Source: Macrostomum lignano
Taxonomy: Eukaryota
Assembly: GCA_002269645.1 (NCBI GenBank)
Contig: NIVC01003924.1
Location: 5,407-69,406 of the forward strand
Direction of reading: 5' to 3'
DNA length: 64,000 nt
Below are positions 23,250 through 33,416 of this stretch, piece by piece (positions within the stretch are counted from its first letter, which is position 1; every line of letters begins with the position of its first letter). The notes under the pieces are model-generated. The model was not told the DNA's origin, ran no database searches, and saw only the letters and a program-made list of their open reading frames with translations. The position numbers were made by a program, and so were the translations under genes.

Positions 23250-24239
23250 ATGAGTTTTTACGTTTTTTTGCCGTCAAACGATATCAGTTACGAAACCAAC
23301 TCGCCTAATGAATTTCGAGTGCGACTAACTGAACCAATAAATTTATTGAACGGATTCTTCGAGGTTGCACTAGTTGAATTACTGTGCCATGGAGCAATTA
23401 CGACGCCAAATGCTCATCGTGAGCGTCGATTTGAAGTTCCATATTTTGCGGACATTGACTCAATAATACGATTAAAGAAAAACTATTGGGGTCGTGTTTG
23501 GGCAGAGGCAGACTTGGATGCTTACGTTTCCTGGCAACCGTCTGGTACAGATGAAAAATTTGCCTGGCTTTTACGAAATTCAGGCGAAAAAACTATTGGA
23601 TTAGAACTACCAGTTACATTTATGGACGCTTTCAAATTTGACTCTTGGAAGAAACTTTCTGGACTTGTCTCGGAAAAATTATCAAAACCTGCCGCTGGTA
23701 GTGTACAACCACCGGATGGTTCATACTTGGATTTGATAAAAAGTCTCGACAATACTCTAGCGCTAGTACCTGAGAACTATTATGTTTTTTATTGTGTTCT
23801 ATCGCCTGGTGAAGCTATACGACTTGTTTCGCATGGAGACTATCTTCGAAAAACGGAAGGAGAAGTGTACATCAAAGTACACCAATATTGGTTGAGAAAT
23901 CGTGTTTGGCGCATTAACAAAACCTACTTGGATGCTGTGCTACCTTCTCCGATGCCTAGTAAAACGGTTTACATGTACTGTTACACAGATATAATCGAGT
24001 ATCAAGCAGTGGGAAGTACATCAGTACCGTTGCTTCGAGTTGTGGAACTCCAACAAAAGAAAAACGGAGAACTTATACGCGATAGCAGTGCATTGCAAAC
24101 ACCCTACTACTTGAAAACAAATCGACAACAAATTCACGAGATTTCGATTCGACTATCGGACCAGCGCGGAAAACCGTTTAATTTTGATCCGGGAGCACAC
24201 GTTGTTGTCGTACTGCATTTTAAACATAGGTCGGACTAA
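23250..24239 (+). CDS. Minor capsid protein (penton, single jelly roll)
   Basis: The Maverick-typical N-terminus FYVFLPSN...F.V.L...I.L.G.FEVALVE and C-terminus MYCYTDIIE...VG....PLLRVV...PYY....I..ISIRL.DQ.G are both present. Confidence 0.85.
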   Translation: MSFYVFLPSNDISYETNSPNEFRVRLTEPINLLNGFFEVALVELLCHGAITTPNAHRERRFEVPYFADIDSIIRLKKNYWGRVWAEADLDAYVSWQPSGTDEKFAWLLRNSGEKTIGLELPVTFMDAFKFDSWKKLSGLVSEKLSKPAAGSVQPPDGSYLDLIKSLDNTLALVPENYYVFYCVLSPGEAIRLVSHGDYLRKTEGEVYIKVHQYWLRNRVWRINKTYLDAVLPSPMPSKTVYMYCYTDIIEYQAVGSTSVPLLRVVELQQKKNGELIRDSSALQTPYYLKTNRQQIHEISIRLSDQRGKPFNFDPGAHVVVVLHFKHRSD

Positions 24240-24295
24240 TTTATAAGCAAAGATTAATTGTGTAATAGAAAATTTTGTGAATTTGTTTTGTAAGA

Positions 24296-24724
24296 ATGAG
24301 CGAACTAACAGAAAAAGGAAAACAAAATGCTCGCTCATTGTGTCAGTGTGCTTTTTTACTACAAATTGTTTATCGGCTAAAGCATCCAAAGCAGAGAAAA
24401 AGTTTTTTACAAACACTTTCAGAGTCGGAGATACGATGTCTAGTAGACTTTCTGTTTAATATTATTAGTGGACGTATTAAAATTAGTAACTGTAACAAAA
24501 GACGACTTGAGAAGCATCGCAGATATATACGCCAGCTTTTGGAACAGAAGACTCCAATTACTGCAAAAAGGAAAATACTTGTCCAACACGGAGGATTTTT
24601 ACCTTTTTTGGCTCCAATTATTGCCGCTCTACCTGCTATAAGCACTGCGCTTGGGATAACGTCTGGAGTAGTTGGTACCGCCGCGGGAGCAGCGAATTTA
24701 ATACGATCAATTCAACGAAAGTAG
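24296..24724 (+). CDS. Conserved Maverick small virion protein with QHGG|FLP site and hydrophobic C-terminal helix
   Basis: The pattern L...K.RK.LL......I.CL....NI..G.I.I....K.RL.K....IR.L......KRK.L.Q.GGFLP recurs in Polintons. A protein VI-like role is an inference. Confidence 0.7.
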   Translation: MSELTEKGKQNARSLCQCAFLLQIVYRLKHPKQRKSFLQTLSESEIRCLVDFLFNIISGRIKISNCNKRRLEKHRRYIRQLLEQKTPITAKRKILVQHGGFLPFLAPIIAALPAISTALGITSGVVGTAAGAANLIRSIQRK

Positions 24725-24734
24725 TAGGAATATA

Positions 24735-25424
24735 ATGCGAACTAACGAGAGTAGTAGTTTTCAACGAATGTATCTAGTACCTGAATCTGTGTATCAATCT
24801 GCATGTCAAGGTGCAGAGCAAGGATCGTCACCAACTGCTGAGACACCTCGAAAAACTGAAGTTTTAGACGCACCGCAAGATGCTCTGGCAAAAAATATGG
24901 TGGAAATGAGAGACCAAATGGATAACTTGGACAAGGAAATGGAAAAGGAGCCAAATTACACAGCTCAATTGAAACGAAGCAGATTGGAAGACAAACTTTT
25001 AAAATTGCGCAAAGTCTATCGCACTGGAGACGAGGACAATCTGTCACTTGTTCGCAAAGGGACTACTGTAAGAAGTTCATATGCCAGCGAATCAAGGGAA
25101 ATTCCTAAAGTTTTTTTACCACGTTTCGAAGCTCTCGCTCAAAACCTATTTTCGGACATGGACAAGAATGCAGAACCAATGCTGGCTAATTTGACTGATG
25201 CCGAGATACAAGATCTCATGGAATATGTTGTTCGAGACAGACCGCTTAAGCGACACGAGACTCAACCGCCTAGTGGACTAAAAACATTTTTAGACTTTCT
25301 TCGAAAACGTGGAATCGCAGCAAACCAAATCGGGCGTCATGTACGAAACGAGCTAATGTCTGCTCCAAAAACTGTTGCAAAGGAGGATCTTAGTCTGTTT
25401 GAAAATTATCAAACACTGAATTAA
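24735..25424 (+). CDS. Maverick hypothetical helical/coiled-coil protein
   Basis: 229-aa intact ORF with an RMYLVP N-terminal motif, in its usual position upstream of the integrase. Confidence 0.7.
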   Translation: MRTNESSSFQRMYLVPESVYQSACQGAEQGSSPTAETPRKTEVLDAPQDALAKNMVEMRDQMDNLDKEMEKEPNYTAQLKRSRLEDKLLKLRKVYRTGDEDNLSLVRKGTTVRSSYASESREIPKVFLPRFEALAQNLFSDMDKNAEPMLANLTDAEIQDLMEYVVRDRPLKRHETQPPSGLKTFLDFLRKRGIAANQIGRHVRNELMSAPKTVAKEDLSLFENYQTLN

Positions 25425-25536
25425 GTTGTTTTAAAATTACAGATTACGTTTTAACAAAATTGATTCGAGCACTATAAGCTTTTTAAAAAGGTTAATTTTT
25501 TGTTTATGAAAAATATATAGTTTAATAAGACAAACC

Positions 25537-25725
25537 ATGTCATCTATCTTCCAAAAACTTTTGATTCGTCTCTGTGAGTTTTTTTGCATAAAATCTGAAT
25601 GTGTGCCGTTTCTGGGAAAGGAGCACAACGAGGATACTGACGGAGATTCGATCGAGGCTTCGTTCTTTTGTTGCAACTGTCAAACGACTAGCATCAATCT
25701 AACTGATGATGAAGCGAGTGCGTAA
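25537..25725 (+). CDS. Small Cys-rich/acidic ORF (62 aa) overlapping the integrase start
   Basis: Its ATG is 64 bp after a TATAAGC motif. There is no homology evidence. Confidence 0.35.
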   Translation: MSSIFQKLLIRLCEFFCIKSECVPFLGKEHNEDTDGDSIEASFFCCNCQTTSINLTDDEASA

Positions 25726-26866
25726 GGAAATTGAAGAATTTTTGACGGATGCTTTTTTTAACTTGAACAGGCCTACTTCATTTAGTGGTAACAAGACTAT
25801 ACTTGTTCGTGAAGTACGTAAAAAGTTTCCACAGATTACGAACAAAGTTGCAAAGCGCGAAGTTGATAATTGGGTGCGATCAACAAATGAGCATCATTTA
25901 TTTCGAAAAACACGACGAAACTTTCCAACTCCAAAAATTAGTGTGCCACCAGTTGCAAAGTTTCAGTTTCAAATCGATTTGGCAGATTTACCTCAATACA
26001 AGACGGAAAATCGAGGTTATCGTTACATACTTGTTCTTATCGACTGTTTTACTAGAGTTGTACGACTAAGACCATTGCGTACAAAGAAGCCTTCAGAAGT
26101 TAGTCAAGTATTACTAGAGATTTTTCGAAGTGGTTTTAAGCCTGTTTATTTACAAGGTGATGCTGGTATGGAGTTTCTCGGAAGAGCTACACGTCAAATG
26201 CTGAAACAGGAAGGAGTTCGATTTTTTGTTAGCCAAAGCAATTACAAGGCAAGCATGGCTGAACGATTTATCCGCTCGTTAAAGGAACGTCTATTACGAT
26301 ACTTTCGAGCAAAAAATTTACCTCGATGGTTTGACATTTTACCGCAATTGGAAGATAATTTCAACTCTAGTCCTCATCGATCCTTGAGTGGAGAAACACC
26401 AAAACGGGTAGAGACAGACCCGCATTTACAAGGAATTTTGTGGGACAAAATGTTTGCGAAGTCGTACACTAAAAAGAATGAGAATAAATTTAAAGTTGGT
26501 GATTGGGTTAGAATTACACGACGTCGAGGAACATTTGAAAAAGGATACACTACGACTTGGAGTAATTCAAAATATCGCATTCATCGTGTACACTTGACAG
26601 ACCCGCCAATGTACGAATTAGTGGACCCTGAAGATGGATTTGAAGTGCTGAAAGGAAGGTTTAACCAAGCGGAACTAATGTTGGTAAACGAGACAGATGA
26701 AACACCTAATGAAATTGAAAAAGTTATTGAAACTGATCGAGCGAAAAATGGAAGTCGTCTGTATCTAGTAAAATGGAAAGGTATGCCAATCTCAAGAAGT
26801 CAGTGGTTAAACGAAAATGATCTTGACGCAAAGACTGCTAAACTATTTTCTAAAGTGTATAAGTAA
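25706..26866 (+). CDS. Retroviral-like (rve) DDE integrase with C-terminal chromodomain
   Basis: Catalytic QIDLAD, LQGDAGMEF and AERFIRSLK are present. The chromodomain reads IEKVI.....NG.RLYLVKWKG.P.S..QW. Confidence 0.96.
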   Translation: MMKRVRKEIEEFLTDAFFNLNRPTSFSGNKTILVREVRKKFPQITNKVAKREVDNWVRSTNEHHLFRKTRRNFPTPKISVPPVAKFQFQIDLADLPQYKTENRGYRYILVLIDCFTRVVRLRPLRTKKPSEVSQVLLEIFRSGFKPVYLQGDAGMEFLGRATRQMLKQEGVRFFVSQSNYKASMAERFIRSLKERLLRYFRAKNLPRWFDILPQLEDNFNSSPHRSLSGETPKRVETDPHLQGILWDKMFAKSYTKKNENKFKVGDWVRITRRRGTFEKGYTTTWSNSKYRIHRVHLTDPPMYELVDPEDGFEVLKGRFNQAELMLVNETDETPNEIEKVIETDRAKNGSRLYLVKWKGMPISRSQWLNENDLDAKTAKLFSKVYK

Positions 26867-26907
26867 CACATGAATTGGGATTGCATGACGAAGAGAAGAC
26901 TGTTGAA

Positions 26908-27366
26908 ATGGATCCTATTTTTGCTTTTTATTCTGGTCCGAATAGATCTGCTGAAGGTGGAGGTGGATATGGCATTCCTGTTTACGAAGGTTACGGTTTT
27001 TTGTCAAATTTGGCGGACAGATTGGTGTATCCTGTACTACGCAACGCAAAGAAAGATTTCTTGGATCGTGGTCTGGAGTATTTGAAAAGTGCGACAGCAA
27101 AAATTGGTATGGGTCGGAAGCGTCACTTGGACACAGAATCGAGCGAAGAGATGTTTAATACAACTGCAGTTTCGAGACCAAAGCGAAGGAAAAGAACCAG
27201 TGGAGTGGCTATAAGCTTAGGAAAGAAGAAACGGCAAAAGAAACGACGAACAAGACAGTGTGGAAAGGGACGCGTGAACAAAAGAAAACGCAAGAAGACC
27301 GGTGGTATAGGAAAACGTCGAACTGCTACTGCAAGCAAGAAACTTTTTAGTCTGTTTGAAAAGTAG
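26908..27366 (+). CDS. Basic core/DNA-condensing protein (adenovirus pVII-like role inferred)
   Basis: MDPI..Y..GGGGYGIPVYEGYGFL N-terminus with GxG sites, and a very Lys/Arg-rich C-terminus. Confidence 0.7.
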   Translation: MDPIFAFYSGPNRSAEGGGGYGIPVYEGYGFLSNLADRLVYPVLRNAKKDFLDRGLEYLKSATAKIGMGRKRHLDTESSEEMFNTTAVSRPKRRKRTSGVAISLGKKKRQKKRRTRQCGKGRVNKRKRKKTGGIGKRRTATASKKLFSLFEK

Positions 27367-27367
27367 C

Positions 27368-28690
27368 ATGAACCATTTGCTTGGACCTGATATTGCTGCT
27401 CTTAAAAGTGAATTGTCGCTATTTGATCAAAGTCCTGTTCAGTTTAGTGTTTTGGATAATCGATATACTAACATTCAACCGCAACATGGTATTACAAAAG
27501 GATCACCTATCGAATTTGAAGTTGTGCCTGCAGGCGATTTGTATTTGGATCTACAAGAAACTGTGCTCACGGTATGCTTCAGCGTTAGTGATAGTGAAGG
27601 TGAACCTATAGATGCAACGAAAAATTTTGTTTGTTTGAATAATTTGGTTATTGGAACATTGTTTGAGGACGTTCAATTTACTATTGGCGATACTGTAGTT
27701 GAAGGTGGTAGTTTTATGTATCCATACAAGGCTATGCTTCTTACATTACTGGAATATGGACATACAGCTCAGAAGGCTGGTTTACTGCCGTGGGGGTTTT
27801 ACAAGGATACAGCTGGTAAAATGAATGCAACAAGTGAAAACGATGGACGAACAAAGAGGCAGGCGCTCATTGCTAACAATAGGCGGTGCACTGTATCGGG
27901 GCCGTTATTCTTGGATTTGTTTCGTCAGCCTCGGTATCTACTATCAAAGACACCACTACGGATCAAGCTCATACCGGCAAAAAGTAAATTTGTCCTGAGC
28001 GGGTCAACATTAGAAGCTGGTGCGGTTTTAAAAGACTATGAGATCAAGTTTTTGCGTGCAGAACTACGATTGCGGTTTGTTCAACCCTCGCCGAGTGTTA
28101 TCAGTGCACATGCTCATGGACTTAAAAGTCACAATGCATTATATCCGCACCGAAGTCTAAGCCTTGGTACGTTTACTATACCCCGAGGATCGTCTAGCCA
28201 TACGCATGAAAATTTGTTTCCTAGTGGGGTACCACGGCTTTTATTGATGGCAATCGTAAGCAACAAGGCATTCAATGGAAGCATGGACACAAATCCGTTC
28301 AACTTTGAGCATGCAAATGTGAGCAGCATTGGTGTGTTTGTGAATGGAGACTCGGTACCATCGCGTCCGCTGCAGACAAACTTTGGAGATGATTGTGTGA
28401 CAGAGTATAATTTTTTGCTACAACAGCTTGGAATCTATCTACAGGGACGAGATATTGGATTTAATATGCTGGATTACGCCAATGGTTACTCAATTTTTGC
28501 ATTCAGTCTTGGAAGTGAACCTGGTGTCGGACGGGGAGTGCAACTGTATAAGGAAGGAAATGTAAAACTAGAGTTACGCTTCAATGCTGCAACTAGTACC
28601 GTGTACAACGTCATATTTGGAGGTATATTTGACAAGCAACTGCAACTGACTGAACTTCGCGACATTGTTCCTGGCACAGTATGGAAGTAA
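27368..28690 (+). CDS. Major capsid protein (double jelly roll)
   Basis: 440 aa with KSELSLF..P.Q.S, PIEF......YLDL..T, YPYKA.L..LL.Y, GPL.LDLF.Q.RYL, N.FNGS...NPFNF and G.SIFAF.L, characteristic of Polinton MCP. Confidence 0.93.
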   Translation: MNHLLGPDIAALKSELSLFDQSPVQFSVLDNRYTNIQPQHGITKGSPIEFEVVPAGDLYLDLQETVLTVCFSVSDSEGEPIDATKNFVCLNNLVIGTLFEDVQFTIGDTVVEGGSFMYPYKAMLLTLLEYGHTAQKAGLLPWGFYKDTAGKMNATSENDGRTKRQALIANNRRCTVSGPLFLDLFRQPRYLLSKTPLRIKLIPAKSKFVLSGSTLEAGAVLKDYEIKFLRAELRLRFVQPSPSVISAHAHGLKSHNALYPHRSLSLGTFTIPRGSSSHTHENLFPSGVPRLLLMAIVSNKAFNGSMDTNPFNFEHANVSSIGVFVNGDSVPSRPLQTNFGDDCVTEYNFLLQQLGIYLQGRDIGFNMLDYANGYSIFAFSLGSEPGVGRGVQLYKEGNVKLELRFNAATSTVYNVIFGGIFDKQLQLTELRDIVPGTVWK

Positions 28691-29244
28691 TTGATTCTAT
28701 CCTAGATCGTGGTGTAACAGATCGCTTCCTTCGCAATGTTGTATCGAAATTGTGCGCACATTTTTTAAATGTTGTATTTCTTGGTGTTTTTCCTCAAAAC
28801 TTTGTTGGTGGACTTAGACGCTTACCTTTAGACGGTAAAGACTATTTTTTTATCGTTAATACTGACGTCTCCAACCTGCCCGGAAAACATTGGGTATGCG
28901 TTTGGGTTTATGGTCATCGAGCAGGTCGCGGTAGCAAACGACTTGGTGAATATTTTGATTCTCTTGGTCTAGTACCATTGCCAAGAATAGCAAAATGGCT
29001 AGGAAAAGAATGTGGAAATTCGAAAAATTGGTGTTATAGTCGCTTTGCTATCCAAGACCCACAGAGTGGAAGTTGTGGATTTTGGGTAATTTTTTATATT
29101 TTTCATAAGTTGACTACCAGAGGAAACCTAGAGTGTTTTATTCGAAGCGTTTTTAAACGGAATATAATTCGCACTGGTTCGTTTCGATACTTGTATGCTA
29201 AATTACGCAATTTTGTTTTACGAGTGCTGCCTCAATATTTGTAA
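28681..29244 (+). CDS. Adenain-like cysteine maturation protease
   Basis: FLGVFP, IVNTD....PGKHW, EYFDS.G and IQ......CG.W give the His/Asp/Gln/Cys catalytic set. Confidence 0.94.
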   Translation: MEVIDSILDRGVTDRFLRNVVSKLCAHFLNVVFLGVFPQNFVGGLRRLPLDGKDYFFIVNTDVSNLPGKHWVCVWVYGHRAGRGSKRLGEYFDSLGLVPLPRIAKWLGKECGNSKNWCYSRFAIQDPQSGSCGFWVIFYIFHKLTTRGNLECFIRSVFKRNIIRTGSFRYLYAKLRNFVLRVLPQYL

Positions 29245-29478
29245 ACTCGCTAATTTGTGCGTCAAATTGTGTTTGTATCTAGTTGAAATATACAATACTG
29301 CTTGAAAAGAAGAATTTAAATGCGTTAAGTTATACGCGAAATAAGCTTTGTGTCAAATTGAATTTTGGTTGGGCTTGTAATTAGCTGCATTCATTGCGGA
29401 TAGAATTTAGGTGGATAGACAGGTGTTTGCGTAAAAGTGATTCAGCTAATTGGTTAATTCATTGCGTAAAAGCTAGTT

Positions 29479-29582
29479 TGCGTGCACGGCAAATTTCAGA
29501 CTCTGCCATTTTTTTGGGCCTGTACTTACTATGTATTTCGCCATAAGGAAATCGGCTTTGTGTCAAAAAAACGTATACTACT
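29479..29582 (-). repeat. Right terminal inverted repeat of the Maverick
   Basis: Reverse complement of the left end, ending ...CGTATACTACT. Confidence 0.97.
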
Positions 29583-29648
<66 letters not shown>

Positions 29649-29653
29649 GACTG

Positions 29654-29748
<95 letters not shown>

Positions 29749-29775
29749 GACTAACTAACTAACTAACTAACTAAA

Positions 29776-29819
<44 letters not shown>

Positions 29820-29863
29820 AAACAAACAAACAAACAAACAAACAAACAAACAAACAAACAAAC

Positions 29864-29948
<85 letters not shown>

Positions 29949-29949
29949 G

Positions 29950-30008
<59 letters not shown>

Positions 30009-30009
30009 G

Positions 30010-30055
<46 letters not shown>

Positions 30056-30127
30056 CAACTAACTAGTTAACTAACTAAGTAACTGACTAACTAACTAACA
30101 AACAAACAAACAAACTAACAAACTAAC

Positions 30128-30212
<85 letters not shown>

Positions 30213-30213
30213 G

Positions 30214-30247
<34 letters not shown>

Positions 30248-30290
30248 CAACTAACTAGTTAACTAACTAAGTAACTAACAAACTAACTCA
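29583..30290 (+). repeat. (CTAA)n microsatellite with (CAAA)n and CTGA variants, right flank of the Maverick
   Basis: About 700 bp, read directly. Confidence 0.97.
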
Positions 30291-30821
30291 TTGAAGGACT
30301 GACTGACTGAAAATAGTTAGTGCTTGCAGTCAGTCACACTTATTCTATAATATCTGCATCTATTTAGCGAGAAAAGAAGTGCACAGACATGAACTCCCAG
30401 CCGGAGAGCCAAACCTGAACAGCTTGACTGAGGGGTCGGAAGGCAATAAAAGCTGCCAATATACAATAAATATCGCTCGCATCCGCACGGGGATGGCTGC
30501 TCCCCATTTGTTGGTGAATGCAATCGCAAGGCGGGGGAGGCCGGCAGCTCAGCTCACTGTAACTAATACCTGCACAATGGGGAGTTCTGTAGGTGAGCAG
30601 TCTAGCGTGATCCCAGCCTCACTGACTTCCACTGCTGCTCCACTGCCTCACCTGGCTGTATAGGACAGGGACATGGAGAAAGGAGGGAGAAGACAGATTG
30701 CTGTCAGGTTGATTTTAATTTTTAAGCAACGATCGGAACTAAATTGCGAATTTCAGTGCACTTTAACTTTGTTTACTCCATTGTGTCTAACAGATATGAA
30801 AACTTGTAGAATTACAGCTGA

Positions 30822-31830
30822 GAGAAACCCAGCCAGGGGAATCCAGCCAGAAGGAATCCAACCAGGCGGAATCCAGCCAGGGGGAATCCAGCCAGGGGGA
30901 ATCCAGCCAGGGGGAATCCAACCAGGGGGGAATCCAGCCAGAAGGAATCCAACCAGGGGGAATCCAGCCAGGGGAATCCAGCCAGGGGGAATCCAGCCAG
31001 GGGAAATCCAGCCAGGGGAATCCAGCCAGGGGGAATCCAGCCAGGGGGAATCCAGCCAGGGGGAATCCAGCCAGGGGGAATCCAGCCAGGGGGAATCCAG
31101 CCAGGGGGAATCCAGCCAGGGGGAATCCAGCCAGGGGGAATCCAGCCAGGGGGAATCCAGCCAGGGGGAATCCAGCCAGGGGGAATCCAGCCTGAAGGAA
31201 TCCAACCAGGGGAATCCAGCCAGAAGGAATCCAACCAGGGGGAATCCAGCCAGGGGGGAATCCAACCAGGGGAATCCAGCCAGAAGGAATCCAACCAGGG
31301 GGGAATCCAGCCAGGGGGAATCCAGCCATGGGGAATCCAGTCACAAGAAACGCAGCCACAAGAAACGCAGCCACAAGAAACCCAGCCACAAGAAACCCAG
31401 CCACAAGAAACCCAGCCACAAGAAACCCAGCCACAAGAAACCCAGCCACAAGAAACCCAGCCACAAGAAACCCAGCCACAAGAAACCCAGCCACAAGAAA
31501 CCCAGCCACAAGAAACCCAGCCACAAGAAACCCAGCCACAAGAAACCCAGCCACAAGAAACCCAGCCACAAGAAACCCAGCCACAAGAAACCCAGCCACA
31601 AGAAACCCAGCCACAAGAAACCCAGCCACAAGAAACCCAGCCACAAGAAACCCAGCCACAAGAAACCCAGCCACAAGAAACCCAGCCACAAGAAACCCAG
31701 CCACAAGAAACCCAGCCACAAGAAACCCAGCCACAAGAAACCCAGCCACAAGAAACCCAGCCACAAGAAACCCAGCCACAAGAAACCCAGCCACAAGAAA
31801 CCCAGCCACAAGAAACTCAGTCACAAGAAG
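30822..31830 (+). repeat. Bipartite 15-bp minisatellite (GAATCCAGCCAGGGG then GAAACCCAGCCACAA)
   Basis: Two adjoining arrays with related units. Confidence 0.95.
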
Positions 31831-33416
31831 CGCAGAGCAGTGCAGTTTCAAAGCTATGATTAACACACAGTAGAAGTGAGAACTGGACAAAGATGGAATG
31901 CAGAAAGCCACAGATTTTTATCGAGGGTCTCTGGCAGCGATCGCTGACTCAATTGGGCGTTGCAGCTTCTTCAACTACTACGCTATAATACTTCATCACC
32001 CGGGCAAGCTGCGAAATGATTACGTCACCACCGCTTGCTTCTGCTAGTAGATGGAGAAGAAATCTCGGCAGCAATTCATAGCTAGCTTGAGTTCTGCTCC
32101 GGGCTCGAACCCCAACCGCGATCAGACAAGCGATTTGATTGATCGCTGCGAGTTTTATTTGCTGTTCCTCACTTTCAACCCTAGTGGGAGTTTATCCCAA
32201 TAATTCCCAACAAGTGCCTGTAGTCGGCCCAGAACTGCAGAACTGCGGAAATTATAAAAATATAGAATTCTGCGAGGTCAACTAACCGACTGCTCGCTAT
32301 AACCTTTGACCTGCCGCAATCTTTTGTCTTCCAGAAGCAAGACGGATGAAAGGATGAATTAAAATTTCCACCAAGATAATTATTGCTTGATTGAAAGGGT
32401 CTATTTTTAGTTTTGCCTTGCGTGAAAAGTCAAATCAATAATAATTGTTACCTGCCAGCGACCGCATGTCAAAGCGAGTCAGGGGGGAGGGGGGTCGCCT
32501 TTTTCCGCCGAAAGAATTCACTATTTTAATATAATAAGATTGCAGGGTGAACCTCCGGGCTTTTGCCTCGTAAAACTTGATGAAGGAGAAAATTTGAGCA
32601 GGCAATGAAGGGTTGAGCAGTTAGGCAGGGAGACTGTCTGAGGGCAACATGCTTGAGGGCTCACCGATCCGCTTTGACATGAGAGGCGGACAGGACAGCG
32701 ATCAGGAAGTCAATCAGGACTGCCTCCCAGGCTCTCCCCCATCCAGCAATACCTTTTTTGGCCCCCCACCCATGCCTTCTTCCTTCTTGTCCCCTTTGTG
32801 CAGACCAGTTTCAACGCCAGGGGATCTGATCAAATTCTCCATGGTGTTTAACATCGGAGGGGACGGCTTTGGCTCAGCAAAATGCAGCCGTTCATTCATA
32901 TCAAAAAGCATGTTAACAAATATGTACGCGAACCACAAGCCATTATCCTCGCGCTAGAGCATCAATCTGCTGAACCCTCGAGGCCTCTGATAATCATCTG
33001 CCGATATCGCGAAGGAAATAAAAAAATGAAGCAAGAAAAAGCTGGTATTTGGAGGAAACTGCTGTTGTAGAATAATAGTGCAGCAATGCATCGTGTCTGG
33101 AGGGAATTGGGATTGGGAAAGCTGTTTCGTCGCGTCTCATTAACAGGAGAACTGCGTCTTTTTTTTAATTGGCTTTCTGCCGCTCGGCGCAGCTGGGAAC
33201 TTCTTCTGCAGAGGCCAGATTAAATTCAGCTTAGCGATTTGGGGCAGCGAAATCCCAGCGTCACGCTCCGGGATGAGAAGGGAAGGGAAAAGGGAAATTG
33301 GACTGACTAGGAAAATCAGGTGTTGTTTTTGTGTTTTCGGAGTAATTAATTCCTGGGGAAAATGAGGCTGTTGGAACCTGCCGAATGTTTCCCAATTTAC
33401 AGAAGCAAAATCCACT

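Larger units (their letters stand above)
22036..27216 (+). promoter_or_regulatory. Recurrent TATAAG(C/T) motif upstream of Maverick structural genes
   Basis: TATAAGC at 22036, 23199, 24242, 24637, 25473 and 27210; TATAAGT at 26858. Five of them lie 45-64 bp before an ATG. Confidence 0.6.
14854..29582 (+). mobile_element. Polinton/Maverick (adintovirus-like) element, 14,729 bp, polymerase-defective
   Basis: 5'-AGTAGT...ACTACT-3' termini and 84-bp identical TIRs. 6-bp TSD CTAACT (14848-14853 and 29583-29588). Encodes rve integrase, FtsK-type ATPase, penton, MCP, adenain protease and a pPolB remnant. AT-rich compared with host exons. Confidence 0.97.

Noticed and set aside
29583-30290. Telomeric repeat
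   Set aside because: The unit is TTAG, not TTAGGG or TTAGG, and the tract is internal.
30673-31911. 396-aa ORF (GIQPG/ESSQG/KKPSH) and overlapping ORFs
   Set aside because: Stop-free 15-bp units open several frames; there are no splice signals or domain evidence.
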